Below the pieces are notes generated by a model that was not told the DNA's origin, did no database searches, and saw only the letters and a list, made by a program, of their open reading frames with translations. Made by a program: the position numbers and the translations under genes. Below, in pieces: positions 38,230 through 47,713 of a DNA stretch of 64,000 bases; position 1 is the stretch's first letter; the number at the start of each line of letters is the position of its first letter. The stretch is taken from the NCBI GenBank assembly GCA_000092065.1, contig CP000581.1; one strand, written 5' to 3'. This DNA is from Ostreococcus lucimarinus. Its lineage: Eukaryota.

Positions 38230-39345
38230 TCAGCTAGGCCTACGAAAAATCATGATCATATTGTGCGCGTTTTCGTCGTCTAAAGCGATGCGACCGTCCA
38301 TGTCGCCGTACGCGGCGGCGAACTCCAAGCCGGCGGCGTTCGCGAGGGCGACCATCTCCGGGGCGGTGAAAATTTTGCACGGCACGACCTCTTGCACAAT
38401 CTTGAGCACGGCTTCGGTGGAGGCGTCGACGAGGGAAAACGACACGGTGCGTTCGTAAATTTGTGACTCGATGTCAAAGTTATCGCCGTCTCGACCCCAC
38501 TCGACGTAGACTTTAACGCCTTTTTCTTCGTCGACGCGTTCCCAGGCGTCGCCCTGGCCTTGCGCGATTTCGCCGCTGAACAAATCCCAAGGATGCTCGA
38601 GCTCGACGATGAACAGACCGCCCGGTCTCAAATTCTCGCGAACAGACTTAAAACACCGCATCGCGTCGTCGTGGGTCAACAAATGCGCCGCCGTACCGAG
38701 CAACATCAGCGCGACGTCGAACCCGCCCTCGGGTTTCGTCGTCGGCGCCATCGCCACGTCTCGCATATCCCCCTCCACGATTCGTATATTCCTCGGCGCC
38801 GCGTCTCCGAGCGCCGCCAACTTATTCATCGCGTGCGCTCGCATCGCCGCGTTTTGTTCCAGCGCCACCGCCTGTATCCCTCCCTTCGCCGCCGCGACGC
38901 TGTGCCACGCCGGCCCCGCGCCGAGCTCCAGCGCGCTCGCCACCGTCCGCGTCGCGTCCATCCCAATCCCTCCCTCTCCGTAGCTCGCGTGTCGCCGCGC
39001 GCACTCTCTGACGAACTCAATCTCTTTTTCGAAATCACGAAATCCGAACGCGACGTCGTACACCTCCGGTTCGTCGTACACGCGTCCCTCCGCGTCGACG
39101 CCGCCGCCGCCGTCGTCTCGCGCGCTCGTCCCGCGAACGCGTCCCGCGTCCCGCGTCCCGCGTCCCGCGTCCCGCGCGCGTCCCGCGTCCCACGAGCGCG
39201 TCCCGCGTCCGCGTCGCGCGCCCGCGGTCCCGCGCGCGACGCCGCGCGCGCGCGTCGCCGTCCGCGCGTCCGCGATTCCGCGCGCCGTCGCGAATCCTCG
39301 CGCGCGCTCGACGCGTCGCGCGACGGCGCGCGCGACCGCGCGCAT
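38230..39345 (-). CDS. Class I SAM-dependent methyltransferase with an Arg/Gly-rich N-terminal extension
   Basis: VYDEPEVYDVAFGFRDFEKEIEFVRE..ALELGAGPAWHSVAAAK..RIVEGDMRDV..FDVALMLLGTAAHL..LRPGGLFIVE shows motif I (LELGAGPA), the post-I acidic residue, and motif II/III spacing. The ORF runs to 39639. The ATG at 39345 is the first plausible start. The N-terminal part is encoded by a (gtcccgc)n repeat at 39139-39210. Confidence 0.6.
   Translation of the reverse strand: MRAVARAVARRVERARGFATARGIADARTATRARGVARGTAGARRGRGTRSWDAGRARDAGRGTRDAGRVRGTSARDDGGGGVDAEGRVYDEPEVYDVAFGFRDFEKEIEFVRECARRHASYGEGGIGMDATRTVASALELGAGPAWHSVAAAKGGIQAVALEQNAAMRAHAMNKLAALGDAAPRNIRIVEGDMRDVAMAPTTKPEGGFDVALMLLGTAAHLLTHDDAMRCFKSVRENLRPGGLFIVELEHPWDLFSGEIAQGQGDAWERVDEEKGVKVYVEWGRDGDNFDIESQIYERTVSFSLVDASTEAVLKIVQEVVPCKIFTAPEMVALANAAGLEFAAAYGDMDGRIALDDENAHNMIMIFRRPS
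39139..39210. repeat. (gtcccgc)n heptanucleotide tandem repeat
   Basis: cgtcccgcgtcccgcgtcccgcgtcccgcgtcccgcgcgcgtcccgcgtcccacgagcgcgtcccgcgtccgcg, read directly. Confidence 0.75.
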
Positions 39346-39536
39346 GCCGGCGACGCGACGCGCGTCGATCGCGTCGCGCGCGTCGACCGCGCGTCGACGA
39401 CTGGCGTCGGCGCGCGGCGCGTCTGAATGTGCCTGAAACCGTTGACGGTTCACGAATCGAGACGACCCCCCCCCGCGCCGGCGGTCGATTCGCCGCCGCC
39501 GCGCGACGCCGCACTCACCGACGCGCGGCGCTCGCG

Positions 39537-42083
39537 ATGCTCGACGCGACGGCGCGCGCGATCGCGATCGCGCCGACGTCGCGCGCGCGTCGCGCGGCGA
39601 CGCGGGCGCGCGCGACGACGACGCGCGCGGAAGGCCCACGCGCGCGACGAACCGGCGGCGGCGAAACGAATCCGCGCGACGAACGCGAGACGCGAGACGC
39701 GCGCGGAGGACTCACGCGCGCGCGAGCGACGAAGACGCGCGCGCGAACGGTGCGCCGAGCGACGGGCGAGGACGCGGACGCGCCGCAGGCGACGGAGACG
39801 ACGAACAACGAGGGATGGAGCGCGCTGGAGACGTGGCAGAACCTGGGTCTGGTGTGGAACTTCATAACGCCGAGCTCGCCCGAGGGACGAGCGGTGATAA
39901 AGCGCGCGCACGCGAGCCGTGGGAATAAATTGAAGGGGATATCTAATTGGCGGAAGGCGATGTGGGACGAAACGTCGAGGAAGGCGCCGATAACGTTTTT
40001 GGACTCGCACACGCCGTTGCCGGGGTGCAGAGGGTATCGGGTGTGCTGGGCGAGCGCGAACGATATGCCGACGGGACAGAAGCGAGCGATCGTGATGTTT
40101 TACGTCGCGTCGACGCGGAAGTTTTATTTCGAGGCGGATATCGCGAAAGGGGCGGTGAAGAAGGAGGACGTGGATGAGGCGATGTTTAAACCGACGGAGG
40201 AAATTTTTGAGGCGCAACGAAGAATTTTCAACGTCAACGAAACTTTTCGGGAGGTGTACACGAGCATGTTGAAGGTTGATAAGAAAATGACGGCGGCGAT
40301 GAGCGCGGATGATGATCTCGGCGCGCTCGGGTTGGAGTGGGAAAAGTTCGAGGATACGATGATACGTCAAACCGAAGAAATGAGTTCGCGACGAGACGAC
40401 GTCGCCGACGGCCCAGAGAGCCCCATGGAGACGTGGAGTAAAGGCCGCGGCGTCACCCCGCCCGAGCTGTACATGCAGCTCGGGGTTAATTACGACTTTC
40501 ACGGCCCCGCAGGGGTGGTGATGCAGGGCATCATCTCCACCGTAGGCGCGGCGCGAGGGATGGACATGAGCGGGGCAGACAAGTGGCGAAAGCAGAATTG
40601 GGAAGACGCCGCGGACGAGCTGTGCATCACGGTTGAGTCGACGCACGCTCCGCTGAACACCCTCGGCCGCGGTTGGAAGGTGTGCTGGATCGATGGTAAC
40701 GGTGAAAGAGATGCGCCGGCGGTGGTCGTTTGGAGTCCGGACGCCGGAGAGTACTTCAGCTTGGGCGCGGTGAAAAAGAAGGGCTCGTGCGCTGGGCAAT
40801 CCTTGGACGCCATTTTGAAAGCCATCTTAGGCGTGGCCCAGGCGCAACCGGTGCCGATTGGATTGAAAGAAGCGTTGACACGGGATTTAGACTTCCGAGA
40901 CCTCATCGGTCGCTCACCGGCTGGGTCGAAATCGACGACTGCGCCGGTATCCGTCGACGTCTATGACGATTCGGAAGAAGGGACGGTGTATGTCGAGGTC
41001 GACCAGGACGACGACGAGGATAGTGACGACGATGACGAAGAGGAGGTAGACATCGACGTGGGCGGTGGGTTTGGCAACTCGATGATGTGGCAGAACACGA
41101 TGATGAAATCGGAATTCGACGTATCGACGTCATCGTCGGACAAATTCGTCCTCGACGAAATGCTCAACCCGGATCTCGAGCCTCAGTATCCGTCGAGCTT
41201 GGACGATCACATTCCTGATGGCGTAGGTGTGCCCCCGATCTCGCGCTCCGCAGGGTACTTGTCTTTCGTGGAGGATGAATTCGATGATGATGATCTCAAG
41301 CGTGAACTCGGGATCGATCGAGACGATATGTACCGCGGACCGAAGGATTTCCCAGACTTGTCCGTCACACCGACGCCGACGCCGACGGATGGGCCGACGA
41401 CGACGGTTAATTTGCGAGAGGCGTTTCCGCAGGGCTTGCCGCGTCCCGCTGAGTCGTTCCATGTTTTAGCGCTTGACAGGGTCGATTTCCTCGTCTCCAA
41501 GACGAACGACGGTCGATTGGATCTGCGTGAAGTTTTTAGCGCCAGGCGCGACGGGTACGGTCGCTTTGTCGAAGAAGCGCAACGCGTCAATACTTCGGCG
41601 TTCGTGTCGTTGCCTCCGGCATATTATCAAGAGATTGCTTGGACCGAACTCAATGTGACAAACGAGGAAGATTTCGACGGCGGGGACGTGATTCCATCCT
41701 TCAACACGACCGAGGAGCGAACGACAAAGATTTACCTCATCTTTGCACGCAACGCGCCGAGCGCGAACAGCGCGTTCGACCGCTCGCTCGACTTCACCAA
41801 GCCCGTCGTCATGCTCACCAGCGCCGACGTCGGCATGACCTCAGTCGCGGTTTCAGGCGCAACGTCAGATCCAAACGCTTCGCTGGTGATCAAGAATGGT
41901 GAGCTTTACTGCCAAGATCACTCGCAAGTCCCGACGTTTGAGAGCATCATCGCAGAGCACGAACGCGCCAAGCGCGCCGACGCCGTGAACGCCACGCAGG
42001 AATTTTTAGCCGAGACCGACACCGACATTGAGGCCCAAGCGTTCGATGAGGAAGAAGACACTCCGGAGATTGATCAAATCTAG
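39537..42083 (+). CDS. Hypothetical protein with an internally duplicated ~45-aa module and acidic low-complexity linkers; function unknown
   Basis: The ORF starts at 39429, and I prefer the ATG at 39537. There are two related modules: APITFLDSHTPLPGCRGYRVCWASANDMPTGQKRAIVMFYVAS and ELCITVESTHAPLNTLGRGWKVCWIDGNGERDAPAVVVWSPDAG. The C-terminal ~300 aa has normal composition. A TGTAA lies 27 nt past the stop at 42110-42114. Confidence 0.55.
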   Translation: MLDATARAIAIAPTSRARRAATRARATTTRAEGPRARRTGGGETNPRDERETRDARGGLTRARATKTRARTVRRATGEDADAPQATETTNNEGWSALETWQNLGLVWNFITPSSPEGRAVIKRAHASRGNKLKGISNWRKAMWDETSRKAPITFLDSHTPLPGCRGYRVCWASANDMPTGQKRAIVMFYVASTRKFYFEADIAKGAVKKEDVDEAMFKPTEEIFEAQRRIFNVNETFREVYTSMLKVDKKMTAAMSADDDLGALGLEWEKFEDTMIRQTEEMSSRRDDVADGPESPMETWSKGRGVTPPELYMQLGVNYDFHGPAGVVMQGIISTVGAARGMDMSGADKWRKQNWEDAADELCITVESTHAPLNTLGRGWKVCWIDGNGERDAPAVVVWSPDAGEYFSLGAVKKKGSCAGQSLDAILKAILGVAQAQPVPIGLKEALTRDLDFRDLIGRSPAGSKSTTAPVSVDVYDDSEEGTVYVEVDQDDDEDSDDDDEEEVDIDVGGGFGNSMMWQNTMMKSEFDVSTSSSDKFVLDEMLNPDLEPQYPSSLDDHIPDGVGVPPISRSAGYLSFVEDEFDDDDLKRELGIDRDDMYRGPKDFPDLSVTPTPTPTDGPTTTVNLREAFPQGLPRPAESFHVLALDRVDFLVSKTNDGRLDLREVFSARRDGYGRFVEEAQRVNTSAFVSLPPAYYQEIAWTELNVTNEEDFDGGDVIPSFNTTEERTTKIYLIFARNAPSANSAFDRSLDFTKPVVMLTSADVGMTSVAVSGATSDPNASLVIKNGELYCQDHSQVPTFESIIAEHERAKRADAVNATQEFLAETDTDIEAQAFDEEEDTPEIDQI

Positions 42084-42225
42084 GATTTCGCGCCGCATTC
42101 TTTTCCAAATGTAATAGAGAACGAGACAGTTAGACTTTCGACGCGTGGCGGCGCCGCCGACGCGCCCACACGCTCCGCCCGCACTTCGGGACGCGCCGTC
42201 GACGAGTCGTCGACGACGACTCGCG

Positions 42226-42987
42226 ATGTCGAGAACGAATCAATCGCGCGCGTCCATTCCGTCGTACGCCGAGCTCGTCCAAACGCACGGCGCCGACGCA
42301 TTTTTCGAGCTCGCCAACGCTCCGAAGTTTGCATTCGAGAACCTGGTGCTCGCGCAGGACGCGAACGCGCGCGAGCACTGCGGCGGCATCGTTTGGGAGA
42401 GCGCGTTTTGTCTCGCCAAGTACCTGCGCGAGCGCTCGGTCGGGCTCGTGCGGTCGTCCAAGCGCGGGAAGAAAGCCCTGGAAGTCGGCTGCGGTTGCGG
42501 ACTCCTGGGCTTGGTCTTGGCGCGGGACTTCGCGTTTGACGAGGTGGTGATGACGGATCAATCGCGCGTGTTGGAAAACGTGACGAGAGAGAACGTGGAG
42601 ATGAATCGCAAAGAAATCGGCGGCGCGGCGACGGCGCTGCACGTGATGGCGCTGGATTGGGAGGTAGAGGAGGAATTAAAAGCCGTGAGCGAACGAGGAC
42701 CGTTTGACGTCGTCGTCGGGACGGACGTGCTGTTTGGCGTACATCTAGTCGCACCGCTTTTGCGCGTCATCGAACGCACGCTGAGTGACACGCGAAAGTC
42801 TGCTGTGTGCTATATTTGCGTGCAACGGCGAAGTCCCGACGCGCACGACGAGTTTTTGCGCCTCGCGGGGGAAAAGTTTGCTGTGGTCGCCGTGGAGAAG
42901 GCGTTAGTCGCGTTTTCAGAGGACGATGAGTGCGAGATTTTCGAGCTGCGTTGGAAGCGCGCGAAGAAGAGGAAGAGTGTAGATTAG
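42226..42987 (+). CDS. Putative protein-lysine N-methyltransferase (Methyltransf_16 family), second copy in the window
   Basis: GGIVWESAFCLAKYL..KKALEVGCGCGLLGLVLA..VVMTDQSRVLENV..LHVMALDWEVEE..FDVVVGTDVLFGVH shows the same motif order as the gene at 18118-19164 but is clearly divergent. The ORF begins at 42145. Confidence 0.7.
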   Translation: MSRTNQSRASIPSYAELVQTHGADAFFELANAPKFAFENLVLAQDANAREHCGGIVWESAFCLAKYLRERSVGLVRSSKRGKKALEVGCGCGLLGLVLARDFAFDEVVMTDQSRVLENVTRENVEMNRKEIGGAATALHVMALDWEVEEELKAVSERGPFDVVVGTDVLFGVHLVAPLLRVIERTLSDTRKSAVCYICVQRRSPDAHDEFLRLAGEKFAVVAVEKALVAFSEDDECEIFELRWKRAKKRKSVD

Positions 42988-43040
42988 CCGTAGCATAGGG
43001 CGGTGTACTTTGAGTTTGTTTTAGTCAACTATCTAATTCG

Positions 43041-46000
43041 CTATTTGTCCAAAATTGTCAAACCGATCTCGCGTCCGAGTTCCAACAACCATCGGAGTTC
43101 CGTCGGGGCGAAATACTTGTGCACACCAAACTTCGGGTCGGCGGTCATTTCAATTATTTGTGTCGTTCCAGTGCGCGTGGCGGCTTCGACTTGCGCCGCT
43201 TGGATCACGAGCGAAGGCACGCAGATTGCCCGACATAACGCATGTACCAACGTCTCGCTACTGCCACCGACTGATTGTACGTCGAGCGTGACTTCTTGTC
43301 CTGGGAGATCACCCTTGACGCAGTCGGCCATCGCCAGCGAGACGTCTTGGTATAGCGACGCTCGATCTTCATCGTTGCATTCGGTGGAGATCTGCACGAC
43401 GACTTGACCGTACTCACCTTCCACGCGCGCAGGACACTCGCCGGGCGTGACGCCTACAGTCGCGCTCACCTCAACGACGCCTTGAGCGAACTTTGAGCCA
43501 AGCAACGTCTCGAGATCTCGGGCGATTTGCTCAATACTCATATTCGCCGAAGTCAATGGGTCGTCGAAAGCTTTGGCGACGGGAATCGCGACAACCCGTA
43601 GCGTCGCGTCGCCCGTTTGTTCCATGTCGTCGTACAACGCTTCGTCGTCGAGCCAATTCTCCGACCGAAGAAGCGCCACGACGGCGTCGATGGCGTCGCG
43701 TGCCTTCGCCAGCTCGTCTTCAGTCACTTCCCCCGCTGAATTTGGAGCGTACGGGCGAGTGTTTTGTGCCGCTACGTCTAGTCGTCTCGATTCGTTCACG
43801 CTCCAGACTTGCTTCCATTGCGAAATAGCCTCCGTGGCGGCGAGGTATCTCGCCCAGTCGGCAAGTTCAGCCGCAGCGGCCGCGGCTCCGTTCGCTCTCG
43901 CTTCCTCTTGCGCGACTTCTGGAAGCTCCTCGAGTAGGATGACGCGAGCACGGAGTTCACCATCCACTGGGGCGTCATTCGCAAAGACCTCGATCGACGT
44001 TCGCTGGCACATGAGTTGGCGGAGCAGCAAACACGCGTGTTTCACCGCTTCTGGGTACGTCTCACTCGTAACGCACGCCCACTGGAGCATCAAACGTCGA
44101 TACTCGGGTCCTCGGTGAACGTTCACGAGACTCGTGGAGTCGCTTAAGGCTCTCGTGACGATTTCTCGCCACCCGCCCGGGCCCTCTATTTCCATCCAAA
44201 GCGCCGCCTCGGCGTAACACAGCGTCTTGCGAGAAAGCACGGCGGGCGCCAGGAGATCCAAGAAATTGGCGTACGTTTCAATCAACAGAGGGTGTCTCAA
44301 GTGCACCACGTACGCTGGCACCAACGCGTAACGCTTGTTTGCGATCAAGTGCACAACGTACAAGTTGAGCACCTTATTCAAGTGAAAGTAAAGCTCGCCT
44401 CCGGGAGATAATCCACCACCTTCCGGCAACAACGACTCTAAAAACAGTAGCGCATGCGCGGTAAAGCGGGTGAGACCAATGTCGAGCGGCTCGGAACTTA
44501 CACGTTCGACATTTGAATCAAGCTCGTCCTCAGGGAAGATCCATCGCATCATATGGTCCAACAATAACTCCTTCATCTTACCGAGAATCAAGTGCGTCTG
44601 CACCGTTCGATGCGCGTCGGCGTCGGGAAAACGTTCGGGCATCTTGACTAGCAAAATTTCTTCCACTGTCTTTGGCGTCGCGTTGATGACGTCTCGCGTT
44701 GGCCATCGTGGTTCGCCCAAACGATCCACAGCGTCATCCGTCGTCTCTAGCTCAGTCGGATCTCGCACGACTTCGCCAGGTTCAAAGTTTGACACGTCGT
44801 CGAGCACCTTGCCCGTGTTCACGACGGCATCGACCCGAAGATCGAACAGCGCTCGGGTGTAAGCCCACGCCGTGGACTCCCAATCACCCTCGCAAACGGC
44901 GAGCATCGTTTGTAAATCACCGCATAGCGCCCCGTACACACTCGCCTCATACTTGGCCGCGGGCGTTTGCGAAAGCTTGCCGGCTTTGTCGATGTGACGT
45001 GCGGCTACCATGCAGGTCCATTTCCACAGCGCGCGACGCGCAGTGCCGATACCGTCGCACTCGGCCGCAGTAGCATCGTCGTTGAGGTCAACTTCATTTT
45101 GTGCCGCGAGCGCGTCCTCGTCGCGAAGCGCCAAGAGCTTACGAATGTCTCGCTCGAGCTCTTCGTCAGCAGTGCTGCCGACTGGAGCCGGTCCCCAGCC
45201 CGAGGCACCGCCAAGCGAGGCGGCGCGCCAGTGCTGACCGACTTTGGAGCACAAATCGCGCGCCTCTTGCACGCTCCCAGCGCGAATGAGCTTCCACAAC
45301 CGTTTACACAATCGAACCTCCGCGTCCGCGTTGGACGGGTGCAGCGCCGATTTCGTGCGCATGGGCCCGTCCGGGTCCAGCGACGTCGACAGCGGATTAC
45401 CATCCGGATCACACTTAGCCGACGCGTCGATGGCATCCGCGGTTGCGCGCCAATCGCACTCATCTCGCAAAAACCTTCCATCGTACGCCGTGCCATCCAG
45501 CTCCGCTCTGCGAAGCGCTGAAGCCGAGTTGGCCTCCAACCACGCGATTATTCTATTCAATCTAAACGTCACCGGATCTCGCTCTTCGTCTCGAGACGCG
45601 CATCGCAGTCGACTGCGAAGCGGCGGCGGAAGAAAGTCTCCTCTCGTCCCGCCCTCCTCCCTCGGCGTCGCGCGCAGCACTTCAGTTTCCTTTTCCGCGC
45701 TCTCCCGCTCCACCGTCGCCCCGTCGCCGAGCAAGTGATAAATCAACGACCACGAGTGCGCCTCCCGCTCCAGCGCCTCGGCCTCGCCCACCTCACGCTT
45801 CGCCACGCTCGGCGCTCGCCGTCTTCGCGCCTCCGCTCGCGTCCGCAGTTCCCGCGCTCGCAACCGACACGCGTCTTCGAACATCGCCGCCGCCCCCCCC
45901 GCGCCCGCGCCTTCCCGTTTCACCCGCATCAGCGCCTCCGCGAACGCGAACTCCTCCGCGCGCACGTCATCCTCCACCGTCGTCCGCGCGTCCGCGTCGC

Positions 46001-46265
46001 TCTCCCGCGTCGCGCGCGCGCTCGCGAGCGTCTCATCGTCGAGCGCGCGCAGCGGCACCAACGGATTCAACGCGTCACCGTCATCGTTCGCGATCGCTTC
46101 GGCGCGTTTCTTCGGCGCGACCGCGTCGGCGTTCTCATCGTTCGCGAGATCGCCGTCGCTCGGCATCGCGCGCGTCGCCTCGCGCGCGCGTGTGCGCGCG
46201 GAATCGCTCGCGGCCGTCCTTCCCCTCGCGTCCCGCGACCGACCGCGTGGACGTCGTATGTGCAT
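43041..46265 (-). CDS. NUP107: Nucleoporin Nup107 (yeast Nup84) homologue, Nup107-160 Y-complex; the start may be the ATG at 46166
   Basis: KVGQHWRAASLGGASGWGP..RRALWKWTCMVAA..YEASVYGALCGDLQTMLAVCEGDWESTAWAYTRALFDLRVD matches human NUP107 [67 protein letters not shown]. The all-alpha solenoid continues to the C-terminus. Confidence 0.8.
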   Translation of the reverse strand: MHIRRPRGRSRDARGRTAASDSARTRAREATRAMPSDGDLANDENADAVAPKKRAEAIANDDGDALNPLVPLRALDDETLASARATRESDADARTTVEDDVRAEEFAFAEALMRVKREGAGAGGAAAMFEDACRLRARELRTRAEARRRRAPSVAKREVGEAEALEREAHSWSLIYHLLGDGATVERESAEKETEVLRATPREEGGTRGDFLPPPLRSRLRCASRDEERDPVTFRLNRIIAWLEANSASALRRAELDGTAYDGRFLRDECDWRATADAIDASAKCDPDGNPLSTSLDPDGPMRTKSALHPSNADAEVRLCKRLWKLIRAGSVQEARDLCSKVGQHWRAASLGGASGWGPAPVGSTADEELERDIRKLLALRDEDALAAQNEVDLNDDATAAECDGIGTARRALWKWTCMVAARHIDKAGKLSQTPAAKYEASVYGALCGDLQTMLAVCEGDWESTAWAYTRALFDLRVDAVVNTGKVLDDVSNFEPGEVVRDPTELETTDDAVDRLGEPRWPTRDVINATPKTVEEILLVKMPERFPDADAHRTVQTHLILGKMKELLLDHMMRWIFPEDELDSNVERVSSEPLDIGLTRFTAHALLFLESLLPEGGGLSPGGELYFHLNKVLNLYVVHLIANKRYALVPAYVVHLRHPLLIETYANFLDLLAPAVLSRKTLCYAEAALWMEIEGPGGWREIVTRALSDSTSLVNVHRGPEYRRLMLQWACVTSETYPEAVKHACLLLRQLMCQRTSIEVFANDAPVDGELRARVILLEELPEVAQEEARANGAAAAAAELADWARYLAATEAISQWKQVWSVNESRRLDVAAQNTRPYAPNSAGEVTEDELAKARDAIDAVVALLRSENWLDDEALYDDMEQTGDATLRVVAIPVAKAFDDPLTSANMSIEQIARDLETLLGSKFAQGVVEVSATVGVTPGECPARVEGEYGQVVVQISTECNDEDRASLYQDVSLAMADCVKGDLPGQEVTLDVQSVGGSSETLVHALCRAICVPSLVIQAAQVEAATRTGTTQIIEMTADPKFGVHKYFAPTELRWLLELGREIGLTILDK

Positions 46266-46595
46266 ACAGTGTGACGTCGTATACGACGACGCCTCGAGAC
46301 GCGCGCGCCGCGCGTCGCGCGCGCGTCGGCGTCGTCACTGCGCGACCGCGACGGCGGATTCGCGCGCGGACGGATGCGGTCCGTCGCGCGCGTCGCGCGC
46401 GTCGCCGCGCGCGCGCGCGACGCGCGAGGACGCGCCGAGACGCGCGATCGCGACCGCGGTGGCGTCCGCGCGCGGTGGCGCGCGCGACGTTCCGGAAGCC
46501 GCGGCGTCGCGCGCGACGCGGTGTGGGAACCGCGCGCGCGGGAGAAACGCGGTGGCGACGCGAACGATCGCGCGGTGGCGACGCGCGGACGAGAG

Positions 46596-47270
46596 ATGGA
46601 GACGTTCGCGCACGAGGGGGCGACGACGGCGAATTTAGGGGCGTGGCTCGCGCGGCGAGGGGTCGCCGTGGAAAAGTTTGATCGCGCGAGAGGGACGAAG
46701 AATTTAGAGGATTTGCTCATCGAGCTGAAGAGCGGCGAGAGCGTGCTCGTGAGCGAGCGCGAGCGCGCGTCGGGGGAGAACGGAGGCGAAATGAATGAAG
46801 ACGCGCGGGAGACGTGCGTGCGATACGTCGACGTGCTGACGCTGCGCGTGCGAAGGCCGGGATCGAACGCGGAGGATGGGATGTGCTTGATCGAAAAGGA
46901 ACAGATTTTTGGTAAGAATGAGTTGAAGCGAAGACGAAATCGACCGCTGAGCGAAAAGATGAACTTTGGCGAGCACTGGCGCGATTGCGTCGAGCGCGCG
47001 GTGAGGGAAGAGTTGGGAAGCGCGCTCGGCGACGATTACGTCGTGGAGACGCTCGAGGACACGTACAAACTGTGCGTGAGCGAAGAGATGAGCGCCTCGT
47101 ACCCTGGATTGCGCAGTCGATTCGCGTTACACCGCGTCGACGCCATCGTGCACGGATTACCGGACGAAGACGAGTTCCAAAGCGAGGAAACCACGCACCG
47201 CGGCGTCTTGCGCGCGACGTGGCGCTTTGAAAAGTTTCGCTGGCCCGAAACCGACCCCGGTCCCGCGTGA
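46596..47270 (+). CDS. Hypothetical protein
   Basis: The ORF starts at 46374 in a GC-rich repetitive tract. Normal composition begins at the ATG at 46596 (METFAHEGATTANLGAWLARRG..). I recognise no family. Support rests on ORF length and composition only. Confidence 0.4.
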   Translation: METFAHEGATTANLGAWLARRGVAVEKFDRARGTKNLEDLLIELKSGESVLVSERERASGENGGEMNEDARETCVRYVDVLTLRVRRPGSNAEDGMCLIEKEQIFGKNELKRRRNRPLSEKMNFGEHWRDCVERAVREELGSALGDDYVVETLEDTYKLCVSEEMSASYPGLRSRFALHRVDAIVHGLPDEDEFQSEETTHRGVLRATWRFEKFRWPETDPGPA

Positions 47271-47330
47271 CGCGCGAGGCGTGTCGTAGGCGTGTCGTAG
47301 TGTTGTATCATATGTTTTTCTACCCCTCTC

Positions 47331-47385
47331 CGCGCGTCGTCGAAGCGCGTCGTCGAAGCGCGTCGTCGAAGCGCGTCGTCGAGCG
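47331..47385. repeat. 15-bp tandem repeat (gcgcgtcgtcgaagc)x3.6 upstream of the AKR2-like gene
   Basis: gcgcgtcgtcgaagcgcgtcgtcgaagcgcgtcgtcgaagcgcgtcgtcgagcgc, read directly. It is preceded by (gcgtgtcgtag)x2 at 47277-47300. Confidence 0.8.
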
Positions 47386-47713
47386 CTTATCCACAACGAG
47401 ACAAGCCCTACGCCCTCACTTTGGAACTCGCGATGGCTGGTGCGTCTCGATCGCGCCTCGGCGCGCGCCTCGGCGCGCGCGACTCGAACGATCGTCCTCG
47501 GTCGCCGGGCGACGCGCGCGCGCGCGATCGACGACGAGCGTCCGAAAAGTCGTCCCGATGATGAGTCGGCGACTCGGCGATCTGATGCGTCTTCGCGACG
47601 ACGACGCGAGCGATCGCGGTCGTTTCTGCGGTGGAAACGCGCGTCGGGCGGTCGCTTGAGATGATACCTACGGACGCGCGCGACGGGACGAACGACTGAC
47701 GGCTGATGGTGCG

